From a virus (Duplodnaviria > Caudoviricetes), in IMG/VR virus record IMGVR_UViG_3300032038_006680, positions 1-64,000 of that record: a stretch of DNA of 64,000 bases; one strand, written 5' to 3'. Below the pieces are notes generated by a model, which was not told the origin of the DNA, did no database searches, and saw nothing but the letters and a program-made list of their open reading frames with translations. The position numbers and the translations under genes are program-made. Below are positions 55,849 to 63,467 of this stretch, one piece after another. The stretch's first letter is position 1; each line of letters begins with the position of its first letter.

Positions 55849-55976
55849 TCTTATTTTCCCTCAGAAATATCCGTCTACTCACGGAAAACGAGATACCAGT
55901 CCTTTAGAAAAATTGCACGAATCCAAAGGCAAAAAAAATCGGTAAACCTTGCCATTTTACGCATGACTGCGAAGTA

Positions 55977-56074
55977 TGTTCCCGAAGGGAATCGAACCCT
56001 TATGCCCTGAAAGGCAACTCGAAGAAAACAGTCAGTAAACTTCGCGCCCTGTCTTACCATTCCAGCACGGAAAC
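55977..56074 (-). tRNA. tRNA-like RNA with Leu-type body and an extended, non-canonical anticodon arm (98 nt)
   Basis: Acceptor GTTTCCG/CGGGAAC + A73; D arm CTG-GAATGGTAAGA-CAG; long variable arm; T arm AAGGG-TTCGATT-CCCTT; 21 nt where the 7-nt anticodon loop should be. Confidence 0.7.
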
Positions 56075-56228
56075 AATAATCCGCATCGTTTCATTGGCAG
56101 AGCGATTTTCATTGACCAGTGCCGCATAGTCCCACCGTTTGACTTGTCAGGGGTCTACATTTGCAGGTTTTAGGTGATTATCCAATGCTTTCTCACCAGT
56201 TTTTTTTAACGAGGTTATCAATCCTCAA

Positions 56229-56301
56229 TGGGACATCTTGGACTTGAACCAAGGACCAAAGGATTATGAGTCCTCTGCTCTGACCACTGAGCTAATGTCC
56301 C
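56229..56301 (-). tRNA. tRNA-CAT, probably Ile2 (lysidine type), no encoded CCA
   Basis: GGGACAT/ATGTCCC acceptor, GAGGA-CTCATAA-TCCTT anticodon arm, TTCAAGT T-loop; body resembles tRNA-Ile2. Confidence 0.9.
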
Positions 56302-56412
56302 GTAACGCCCGAATCGTGCCACTTCAAGGCGGGGTTTATCGCACTCCTGCGGTCCAAAATTTTGCTTTTTAAAGAGGTGTTTCAATGGCAATCCTTCCGG
56401 CACGGGATTGTT

Positions 56413-56622
56413 TTATTCAAAATCAATATCAAGCTCTTTGTAGCCTTCTGATTCATAAGCATCTTTGTCAAAATCTCTTTCACTAAGGACAGCCGCTACG
56501 AGCCCGTCAAGATGCCAGAAATTTTGATTTCTGGCACACTGCTCCCTCGTTCCGAAAAACTTTATGTACCTCTTCCTGAATACTGAGCCTTCGCTGAAAA
56601 TGAAATACCAGTTCTGTTTCAT
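56413..56622 (-). CDS. Small hypothetical protein, first ORF of the leftward transcript
   Basis: GAGG RBS. Confidence 0.5.
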   Translation of the reverse strand: MKQNWYFIFSEGSVFRKRYIKFFGTREQCARNQNFWHLDGLVAAVLSERDFDKDAYESEGYKELDIDFE

Positions 56623-56727
56623 TTTTCCTCGCAGGGATGTCCGCCCAAGTTTCCCTGAGCGGACTGAAAAAATTCGCCTATAACGGGTGGGGCCATTATG
56701 GGTTGAAACGGCAACGCCGTTCTTTTG

Positions 56728-56836
56728 AGTAACTTCCGTTACTTTATGATATTAATATAAATCATTTTTGTTACTTAATCAAGTAAAAAATAGTAACATT
56801 TGTGATTTTTAAGAAATTTTAGTAATATTTGTGCCA
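56728..56836. promoter_or_regulatory. Repressor operator cluster (AGTAAC-N4-GTTACT) and leftward promoter TTGATT-N17-TATATT
   Basis: Perfect palindrome 56728-43; partial copies 56760-75 (in the promoter spacer), 56792-807, 56821-36. Confidence 0.7.
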
Positions 56837-56856
56837 CAAATGCCGAAAAAATTAGT

Positions 56857-57225
56857 ATGAGAACAGGAAAAGAGCTTATAGAGTATTTGGATTCAACATT
56901 AAAAAGTATGGGGAAGCACAGGAACTGGCTTTCAGAACAGGTTGGCATGAGTCATAATGTATGGTCTATGACAAAAACCCGGAACGGTTATCCTTCCGTC
57001 ACGATACTGGCAAAAGTCGCGGAGCTGCTGGGAATTACCATTGAGGAGTTGCTTGGCATCGAGTGTCCTGAACCACAGAAAAAAGAATATGATGCGGATG
57101 TCAGGAAAATGGCGGACATGCTTATGGAAATTCCGCCTGAAATAAGGAAAGGTATCGAAGCAAATATCCTGGTTCTTTATAACATGGAAATCGGAAAAAA
57201 AGATACGGATAGAGCAATCGGCTAA
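56857..57225 (+). CDS. XRE/Cro-CI family repressor
   Basis: RNWLSEQVGMSHNVWS......YPSVTILAKVAELLGITIEELLG HTH_3 pattern; only rightward gene in the region. Confidence 0.85.
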   Translation: MRTGKELIEYLDSTLKSMGKHRNWLSEQVGMSHNVWSMTKTRNGYPSVTILAKVAELLGITIEELLGIECPEPQKKEYDADVRKMADMLMEIPPEIRKGIEANILVLYNMEIGKKDTDRAIG

Positions 57226-57258
57226 TACGACGATTTATCACTATCCATTCTGAATAAA

Positions 57259-57299
57259 AAAATAACGGGCGGTAATGCCGCCCGCACCCCCCCTTTTTT
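57259..57299. terminator. Terminator between the repressor and the convergent ORF
   Basis: CGGGCGG / CCGCCCG stem flanked by A and T runs. Confidence 0.65.
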
Positions 57300-57322
57300 C
57301 GCTATACAGGGAAAAAAGCAGA

Positions 57323-57664
57323 TTACTTTCCGCCCCTTCTCCGTGAGTCCAGAAACTTCTTAATGTCACGGCGATAGTAGACATACCCAACCCCCATACG
57401 GATTTTAGGAATATCTTTGGGTATGCTCATTCTTGGGTCAATGGAATCAAGCTTGAGATATTCCCTTACTTCCTGCTCTGACATAACTTCGGCACCACCA
57501 GCAAGGGATTCGTCTATCTTTCGCTCCAAGTTCAAAAGGTACTGAATCTGGTCACGGATTTCATTCTTCTTTTCAAGCAGGTCTTCTTCCGTGTAATGGA
57601 ATCCGCCTGTAAAATCTCTCGGCTTCTGCGGCGTATCAAAAGGCTCTTTTACTTCGTCTGACAT
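57323..57664 (-). CDS. Protein with C-terminal HTH_17/excisionase-like domain
   Basis: MSEQEVREYLK.....IPKIR.G...YY.R.DI..FL. Confidence 0.55.
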   Translation of the reverse strand: MSDEVKEPFDTPQKPRDFTGGFHYTEEDLLEKKNEIRDQIQYLLNLERKIDESLAGGAEVMSEQEVREYLKLDSIDPRMSIPKDIPKIRMGVGYVYYRRDIKKFLDSRRRGGK

Positions 57665-57678
57665 AAGTTTCCCCTATA

Positions 57679-57762
57679 CGGAAGTGGCGAGTCCCGACCT
57701 CGCATTACCCGAAGGTACCCAACTTAGCAGGCTGGTGGTTTTGCCAATTCACCCACACTTCC
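57679..57762 (-). tRNA. tRNA-Ser(GCT) with non-canonical T-loop
   Basis: GGAAGTG/CACTTCC + G73; CCAGC-CTGCTAA-GTTGG; long variable arm; T arm GCGAG-GTCGGGA-CTCGC. Confidence 0.8.
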
Positions 57763-57772
57763 AAAAAAAAAC

Positions 57773-57844
57773 AGAGAACAGGGAGAATCGAACTCCCTCA
57801 TAGCGATTTTGCAGACCGCCGCCTTTCCACTTGGCAATGTCCTC
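57773..57844 (-). tRNA. tRNA-Cys(GCA), no encoded CCA
   Basis: GAGGACA/TGTTCTC + U73; GCGGT-CTGCAAA-ATCGC; TTCGATT T-loop. Confidence 0.92.
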
Positions 57845-57960
57845 TAGGAGTGCCTGTTTTTAGTCGGTGCACACAGACGACATCTGACTTTTTCTAAGCC
57901 AGTGAAATAGGTTAATCAAGCTGACTACTTCCCATTCGGGATTTCGCGAGCCAAACCGTT

Positions 57961-58383
57961 TTACACTGAGTACATCTTGATGAATTTATTGTCCTTCCAC
58001 CTATTTGTAATCTCAATGATAATCTCCGTGTCAGAAGGTCTGTCCTCGTGCGGATTCAGTCTCCTCTCCTCAGTAACCACATTCGCAATCATCTTGAAGA
58101 GTTGCTTCGAGACCTTATCCTCGGCACGGAACAAATCTTCGTCTGACAAATCGACGGAGATACAGTCAGCAAAGGTATCAGTTATCTTTGCCTCAGTCTC
58201 CGAGACCTCAGCCTGGTATTTTCTCAGGGCAATCTCAGCCGCCCTCTGAGCTGACATCTCAAGATTATTCCACTTGATTACCACGCTTACCGGGACATTC
58301 CATTTCTCGGAGCATTGCTGCGGGGTGAGCCCGTAGCCAATATCTTTCTGAACATTTGCCTGAAGTTCTTTTGTATACCTCAA
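57961..58383 (-). CDS. Hypothetical protein with N-terminal HTH-like segment
   Basis: LTPQQCSEKWNVPVSVVIKW. Confidence 0.55.
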   Translation of the reverse strand: MRYTKELQANVQKDIGYGLTPQQCSEKWNVPVSVVIKWNNLEMSAQRAAEIALRKYQAEVSETEAKITDTFADCISVDLSDEDLFRAEDKVSKQLFKMIANVVTEERRLNPHEDRPSDTEIIIEITNRWKDNKFIKMYSV

Positions 58384-58602
58384 TTTTCCCCTCTGAGATA
58401 TGAAATGAATTCATCGTTTATACCAGCCAAAGCATCTTTCATTTTCCCGAACTCTTTCTGCAAGTGCTTCGTGTAAAACCACGCCACCCATTTTCCGTTG
58501 ATATTATCAAGCCTTGCGAATACCAGCTCGGAATTCCGTATCACAAAAGATGTCTCAACGGAAGTGTCCTGAAAGATTCCTAGCCGATTATTTTGTCTCG
58601 TC
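58380..58602 (-). CDS. Small hypothetical protein (start near 58602, approximate)
   Basis: 3' part of track ORF 58380..58943; the 5' part overlaps ssb and is unlikely to be coding. Confidence 0.4.
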
Positions 58603-58734
58603 ATAGTGCTTGCGGCTTTCCTCTGTTCTACCAAATAGCTTCCCCTCTTATTTAGTAGTCTTAAATTTTTGTATCCTACTGATGCGCTTACTTTTGTTCC
58701 ATATAACCCCTGCGCAAACGCAGGGGTTAGTGAG

Positions 58735-59172
58735 TTAGAACGGCATATCTTCGGGAAAACCGTCAGCGGGATTAAATGACTGCTGTGGCTGAGAGTAGCC
58801 CTGGGCGGCTCCCTGGTTCGGAGCTTGACCGTCACGTTTTCCACCGACAAGCTGAATATTCTCCGAAACGATTCCGACAGATGAACGGTTCTGTCCGTTC
58901 TGGTCTTTCCAGCGGTCTTGCTTGAGATACCCCTGCACGGCAACCTGAGTTCCTTTTCTAAGATAAGTCTTAAGGTTCTCCGCCGTCTTTCCCCAAATTG
59001 TCACGTCAAAATATGAGGCCTCGTCCTGCCTCTGGTTATCTTTTTTTACGGAGCGGTTGACCGCTACGCTTATGCGTGCCCGTGCCGTTCCGTTTGCCGT
59101 GACCTGATAAGACTTGTCATCAAGGTCTTTTGTAAGCCGTCCGATAATTGTTACGCTGTTCAAGTCTGTCAT
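58735..59172 (-). CDS. ssb: Single-stranded DNA-binding protein
   Basis: LNSVTIIGRLTKD...AVNR...KG..VAVQG.L.Q..W and acidic PEDMPF tail. Confidence 0.95.
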   Translation of the reverse strand: MTDLNSVTIIGRLTKDLDDKSYQVTANGTARARISVAVNRSVKKDNQRQDEASYFDVTIWGKTAENLKTYLRKGTQVAVQGYLKQDRWKDQNGQNRSSVGIVSENIQLVGGKRDGQAPNQGAAQGYSQPQQSFNPADGFPEDMPF

Positions 59173-59365
59173 TTATTCGTCCCTCATAAATTCAGGTTTA
59201 GACTCCGCCTCTGGTGCGGATTCATCGCGGATAGATTTTTTAGAGGCTTTTTTCTCCTCTTTAGGCTCTCCCTTTTGTTTTCCTGTCCGCATCACCGTGA
59301 TTCCGAGCTTCTTGCTCGCTTCTTTGTCGATTTTCATATATCCTCCAATATTTTATTTGCCATAA
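59114..59365 (-). CDS. Small charged hypothetical protein
   Basis: GGAGG RBS. Confidence 0.4.
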
Positions 59366-59535
59366 AAATATTCACACTTCGGATTCTTGTGTTTGCTTGC
59401 GCGGGCCATCAACCCCTTTGATTCGAATTCCAACACAAGCTCCCTAGCTTCCTGTTCTTCAAGATTCACCGCCTTGACGATATATCCAACTTGTTTCTCG
59501 TCAAAGACCGAGACCTTCCAATAAGTCCTTGCCAT
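59353..59535 (-). CDS. Small hypothetical protein
   Basis: TGATG coupling to dut. Confidence 0.55.
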   Translation of the reverse strand: MARTYWKVSVFDEKQVGYIVKAVNLEEQEARELVLEFESKGLMARASKHKNPKCEYFYGK

Positions 59536-59966
59536 CAGTTTATGCCCGTTGAGCCAAAACCATTTTGTCCGCGTTCTGTCTCGGAAAGTTCGTCAACTTG
59601 CATGAATTCAAATTGTTTAGCCTTCTGAATTTTCATCTGACAAATACGGTCAAGGTTCTTGATATCAAAGTCTCCATCAGAATCGTTGATAAACTGACAC
59701 ATAACCTCGTTACGGTAGTCCGAGTCGATTGTTCCGATGGCAACATCAACACCTTTTTTTGTCATTCCGCTCCGTGGCCTGATTACAGCCTCATAACCTT
59801 GCGGAAGCTCAATACAGAAACCTAGAGCAATCAAAACTCTTGTTTTTTTTGGAATGGTAATAAACGGTACCGCGAGCCTTGCATAACAATCACAACACGC
59901 AGCTCCCTCGGTTTTGTACTCAGGCATTTTCCCGCCGTCAATTAGTTTTACCTTAATCTTTTCCAT
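59535..59966 (-). CDS. dut: Trimeric dUTPase
   Basis: GAACCD, IRPRSG, GTIDSDYR, DRICQM, RGQNGFGSTG. Confidence 0.95.
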   Translation of the reverse strand: MEKIKVKLIDGGKMPEYKTEGAACCDCYARLAVPFITIPKKTRVLIALGFCIELPQGYEAVIRPRSGMTKKGVDVAIGTIDSDYRNEVMCQFINDSDGDFDIKNLDRICQMKIQKAKQFEFMQVDELSETERGQNGFGSTGIN

Positions 59967-60174
59967 AAAGCCCCTCCGCGATTTTGCCGGTCATTCTGAC
60001 TGAATCGTTTTTCTTGAGATCTTCAAAAACCTCATCCTTAAGGTAATAGCGGATGTTCCCCATTCGGTGTTCCCTGAGAACTCCTCGCTTAACCCAGCGG
60101 CAGACCGTCTGTTTCGTGACTCGGAACAGTTTCATTATGTCCTTTCTTTTTAAAAGTTCTTCCTCTTTTTCCAT
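59953..60174 (-). CDS. xis: Excisionase / HTH_17 protein
   Basis: LLKRKDIMKLFRVTKQTVCRWVKRG.L...R.G..R.Y; divergent from the integrase across attP. Confidence 0.7.
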   Translation of the reverse strand: MEKEEELLKRKDIMKLFRVTKQTVCRWVKRGVLREHRMGNIRYYLKDEVFEDLKKNDSVRMTGKIAEGLYGKD

Positions 60175-60221
60175 GTGTTTTTCTTTTACCGATTTGATTT
60201 TAGATTACGCTTCTGACACTA

Positions 60222-60335
60222 ATTATAAGTTACTTTTGTTACTTTGTCTATAATTTCAAGTTACTTTTGTGCACAAGAAGAGTAAAAAAGCGTGTTTCCA
60301 AATGTGTGACCAAATGAAAATTAACAAAAGTTACC
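60222..60335. promoter_or_regulatory. Leftward promoter TAGACA-N17-TATAAT with operator-like sites
   Basis: AGTTAC-tttt-GTTACT (60228-43) fills the spacer; further copies 60259-74 and 60320-35. Confidence 0.7.
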
Positions 60336-60437
60336 TAAAGTATACGGTATTGAATAAAATAAAGATTGATGTTACAGTATTTATATGCTGTAAAAGCAGA
60401 TAGTAAAACATTGACCTGCATAGATTTATGGATTTAT

Positions 60438-60519
60438 GCGACGGAGCGAGGCGAAAGACAACGGCTCATTATCTCAGCCTTCCAAGCTGATGACGAGGGT
60501 TCGACTCCCTTCTGCCGCT
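60438..60519 (+). other. attP candidate: 3' half of tRNA-Gly(TCC) with a non-tRNA 5' half
   Basis: TCAGC-CTTCCAA-GCTGA, GAGGG-TTCGACT-CCCTT, CTGCCGC-T (60474-60519) is canonical; upstream 29 nt do not form a normal D arm; adjacent to the integrase. Confidence 0.75.
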
Positions 60520-60520
60520 G

Positions 60521-60562
60521 AAATCCTTGTATTATATAAGGTTGTAATACAAGGATTTTTTT
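60521..60562 (+). terminator. Terminator downstream of the tRNA-Gly half
   Basis: AAATCCTTGTATTA / TAATACAAGGATTT 14-bp stem plus T run. Confidence 0.8.
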
Positions 60563-60583
60563 ATTGCACGAATCTAGGGGGCA

Positions 60584-61720
60584 ATGTGTTACCAAAATGT
60601 TACCACTATGCCCAGATACAAAGAACCTTTCACTATTTTTCCTCGAAAATTAAGGTCGGGGAAGACTGTCTATTATTACAGGACATACTCACCTGACGGG
60701 GAACGCACGGTCCCCCGCTCCACTGGCCTCACGAACAAAACTCAGGCAAGAAATTACTGCTCAGAGCTTTATGCCGCAGGAATGCTTTACTGTGGTATCG
60801 GAATGAGTTTTGGCGCATACGCAAATAAATTCTTCGACGACGGCGAGGAATGGATGTGCGACAAGATTCAGACAAGTAACGGAAAGGAACAGCCTGTGGC
60901 GAAAAGCACATTAAAGGCTTACCGACATAACACTAAAGATGTCCTTATTCCCTATTTCTCGAAAATAAAACTGGCGGATTTAAAACCACGGCACATAAAA
61001 TCATTCAGGGATAAAATGATTAAGGACGGAAAATCCAACGCAACGATAAACCTTGCCTGTGCCTGCCTTAAAATCATCATCTCTTATGCGATTGCTAATA
61101 AACTTATGACTTTCAACCCATTTTCCTCTGTCTCGCAGATGTACACGGACGCAAGGAAAAGGAAGGCGTTCACGCTTGATGAGATGAAGGATATTTTGAA
61201 ATCAGACTGGGATAGCGCGGAAAGAAGGGCTTTCGTTATTACAGCCGCCGTAACGGGAATGAGAATCAGCGAAATTTGCGCGATAAGGAAAGAGACCCTT
61301 CACGAGGATTACATAGATATTAAGGACCAATATCTTAACAACGAGTTCGTTCCCGTAAAAGACGGTGAGCGACGGAAAGTAAGGATTTGCAAGGAGTTGC
61401 ATACCCTTTTGGCGTGGTGTATCAAGAAGAATGATGGCATGGCGTTTTGTGAGGATAAGGATACATACAGAACCGAATTCTATAGAAAAACAGGGCTTAC
61501 GCATGAGCAGCGTGTACAGAAAGGGCTTTCATTTCATTCTATAAGACGCTTCGTGAACACATATCTCCTCTCAAAAGGCTTGCCGGAAATAAAAGTAAAA
61601 TGTGTCCTGGGACACTCTTCGGGAAAAGGCTCCATGACCGAGCGATACGCCAATTTCCAGCCGAGCGATTTTGATGATTTTGCAGAAATTCAGAGGAATT
61701 TGATGAGTGAGTTTTACTGA
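60584..61720 (+). CDS. int: Tyrosine integrase (likely start ATG 60608)
   Basis: TGMRISE (R), FHSIRR (H-x-x-R), LGH, TERY catalytic residues; SAM-like core LADLKPRHI..F. Confidence 0.92.
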   Translation: MCYQNVTTMPRYKEPFTIFPRKLRSGKTVYYYRTYSPDGERTVPRSTGLTNKTQARNYCSELYAAGMLYCGIGMSFGAYANKFFDDGEEWMCDKIQTSNGKEQPVAKSTLKAYRHNTKDVLIPYFSKIKLADLKPRHIKSFRDKMIKDGKSNATINLACACLKIIISYAIANKLMTFNPFSSVSQMYTDARKRKAFTLDEMKDILKSDWDSAERRAFVITAAVTGMRISEICAIRKETLHEDYIDIKDQYLNNEFVPVKDGERRKVRICKELHTLLAWCIKKNDGMAFCEDKDTYRTEFYRKTGLTHEQRVQKGLSFHSIRRFVNTYLLSKGLPEIKVKCVLGHSSGKGSMTERYANFQPSDFDDFAEIQRNLMSEFY

Positions 61721-61730
61721 CATCACCATA

Positions 61731-61776
61731 TTGAAGTACCCACAGCTAAAGCAGGGGCTTTCTCGCCCATATTTCC
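61731..61776 (-). mobile_element. 46-bp IS200/IS605-type mini-element (fused left/right end)
   Basis: Minus strand TTTTAT|GGAAATATGGGCGAG-AAAG-CCCCTGCTTTAGCTGTGGG-TACTTCAA|. Confidence 0.65.
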
Positions 61777-61850
61777 ATAAAAATCAAAGTATAATTCCTC
61801 ATCGCTTCCAGCATATACTTCAATTCCGTCAAATGTTTTTGACATTTATT

Positions 61851-62165
61851 TTAGCTATCCTTTTTATCAAAAACCCTTACCTCTGGCTCATATTCTTCTT
61901 CCCATGCACAATGCCTGTTGTCTTTACGGCCTATTGATTTAACGAAATATAAACGGGTTGGAACTTCTGAAAACCTTGATTTTGCTTCTTCCAATGTGTC
62001 AGCATAGATACAGCAGAAAGACCAGCCCCCGTCTATGTATTCATAAACGAAAGTGAACATGTATCTAGGACAACTCATATCTTCTTTACATCCTTTACCC
62101 AGATTACCGCTCCCTGATGTTTTTCGTAATCGAAAGGAGTGACTTCTCGAACATCTTCGAGACAC
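61851..62165 (-). CDS. Small hypothetical protein (true start probably internal, near MSCPRY)
   Basis: 5' part overlaps the ASCH gene. Confidence 0.4.
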   Translation of the reverse strand: MSRRCSRSHSFRLRKTSGSGNLGKGCKEDMSCPRYMFTFVYEYIDGGWSFCCIYADTLEEAKSRFSEVPTRLYFVKSIGRKDNRHCAWEEEYEPEVRVFDKKDS

Positions 62166-62425
62166 CAGCCGTAAGGAGTTTTGTATCTTTTCAAAAGCTC
62201 CTTAAATATGATGTCTACCTTATGAGCAGCGCGTAAATCTTCCCAAGTCTGTTCATCAAACTTAATAACCTTGCTTATCACGGCTGTTGCCACAACCTTA
62301 CCTTTTGATTCGATAAGGTAAATTTTCTCGCCAATCTTTTTAGTCTGAGAACCACGAACTTCAATCCTTTTACCGTGAGAAAGTATTCGTTCAAGCCAGT
62401 AGGGTTTTATTATCAATCCGTCCAT
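62075..62425 (-). CDS. ASCH domain protein
   Basis: GLIIK.YW...IL..GKRIEVRG...GE.IYL ... YGW.LEDV. Confidence 0.8.
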   Translation of the reverse strand: MDGLIIKPYWLERILSHGKRIEVRGSQTKKIGEKIYLIESKGKVVATAVISKVIKFDEQTWEDLRAAHKVDIIFKELLKRYKTPYGWCLEDVREVTPFDYEKHQGAVIWVKDVKKI

Positions 62426-62679
62426 TATTCTGCCTTTTCAGTTTCCAGAGGTTCAGAAATCAAATCTGGTAATCTTATATATTTCAGAATCTTACCTTCT
62501 TTTATTTGTTTATCCATATCTCCAATCGCCTGTTCGAAATTCTCAAATACACAAGGACAAACATGACCTTTAGTTATATTTACAAAACGACAACCTGTAG
62601 CAAGCCCTTTATTGTTCATTAACCAAACTTCTACAGCGTCTTTTGGTCTGATAACATAGAATCGTATTATTTTCCCCAC
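62425..62679 (-). CDS. Small conserved protein (paralog of 42259-42534)
   Basis: RPKDAVEVWL...FVNITKGHVCPC. Confidence 0.7.
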   Translation of the reverse strand: MGKIIRFYVIRPKDAVEVWLMNNKGLATGCRFVNITKGHVCPCVFENFEQAIGDMDKQIKEGKILKYIRLPDLISEPLETEKAE

Positions 62680-62855
62680 TTATTTAGTTCTCCTCTTTCG
62701 TCATATAAGTTTTCCTTGTTCTTCAAGCCATTTATAATCTCATTAAATTTTTCCCGTGGTGTAAATATACATAACGCCAAGAATAAGAACATAAAATCCT
62801 CCCCGTTTTCTTTTATGTTTTTATCTGATATATCCGTTGACAATTCTTTCTGCAT
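62667..62855 (-). CDS. Small hypothetical protein
   Basis: ORF in a tightly packed leftward run. Confidence 0.4.
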   Translation of the reverse strand: MQKELSTDISDKNIKENGEDFMFLFLALCIFTPREKFNEIINGLKNKENLYDERGELNKWGK

Positions 62856-62862
62856 TACAACC

Positions 62863-63123
62863 TCACTTTGGTGCTATATAGTTACCACAACAAGAACAAA
62901 CACACCTTCCATTTGATGTGATTGTATAAGCGGCATCTTTGTTACAAAACTCACAGTATGTTGTCTGTTCAAACTCTTTCATTGCTAACTTATAACCTCG
63001 GCAAAAAGCAAAATACTCGTTTTGCCATATAGGGTTTCTCATTATAGTTTCATAATCGAAAGCACAGTTATATTTGTTTTTAAGATACTCAAAAGCTTTT
63101 TGTTCAATTTCTTTTTCGTCCAT
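62863..63123 (-). CDS. Small protein with C-terminal Zn ribbon
   Basis: CEFC...CSCC; GGAG RBS. Confidence 0.55.
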   Translation of the reverse strand: MDEKEIEQKAFEYLKNKYNCAFDYETIMRNPIWQNEYFAFCRGYKLAMKEFEQTTYCEFCNKDAAYTITSNGRCVCSCCGNYIAPK

Positions 63124-63467
63124 ATTTTAGTTCTCCTTAAACACTTCTTTCTCCATAAGAACCGCTAGTTTATGAAGCCTCTTGTCAATCTGCTTGTAAA
63201 GCCTGTATAAAAAGTGCCATATAATCACTTTCAGCACCTAATGTCGTGAAGTTGATTTTATCAAACAGGGTTCTTTTTCTTTCTTCGCCTATCATTTTTT
63301 CATCAGTCATTTGCTTTTATCCTCTTTCTCAACTTCAACTTTATAATCCTCTTCCAAATCTCCACTCCAAGGATAAGATACGAATCTACAACCAATACCA
63401 TAGCACTCGCCTATAGCACCTGCTTAACAATGGTAGCATGGATTGTCTATTTCCACGGTTTCTTTTG

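Noticed and set aside
55977-56074. Archaeal/eukaryal-type bulge-helix-bulge tRNA intron
   Set aside because: The 15-nt loop is too short for a BHB, removal at 37/38 does not give a U33 loop, and no splicing endonuclease is evident; kept only as an open hypothesis
55486-56403. ORFs 55486-56010, 55875-56060 and 56218-56403
   Set aside because: Overlap tRNA genes or a better leftward ORF
56385-56410. SRP RNA-like CCGGAAGG motif on the minus strand
   Set aside because: Lacks the flanking SRP domain IV symmetric and asymmetric loops
58697-58722. Strong hairpin TAACCCCTGCG-TTTG-CGCAGGGGTTA after ssb as a novel RNA
   Set aside because: Most simply a terminator or processing stem following a highly expressed gene; coordinates approximate
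60438-60519. Complete functional tRNA-Gly gene
   Set aside because: 29 nt between acceptor and anticodon stems, no GG D-loop in register, one acceptor mismatch; better explained as attP
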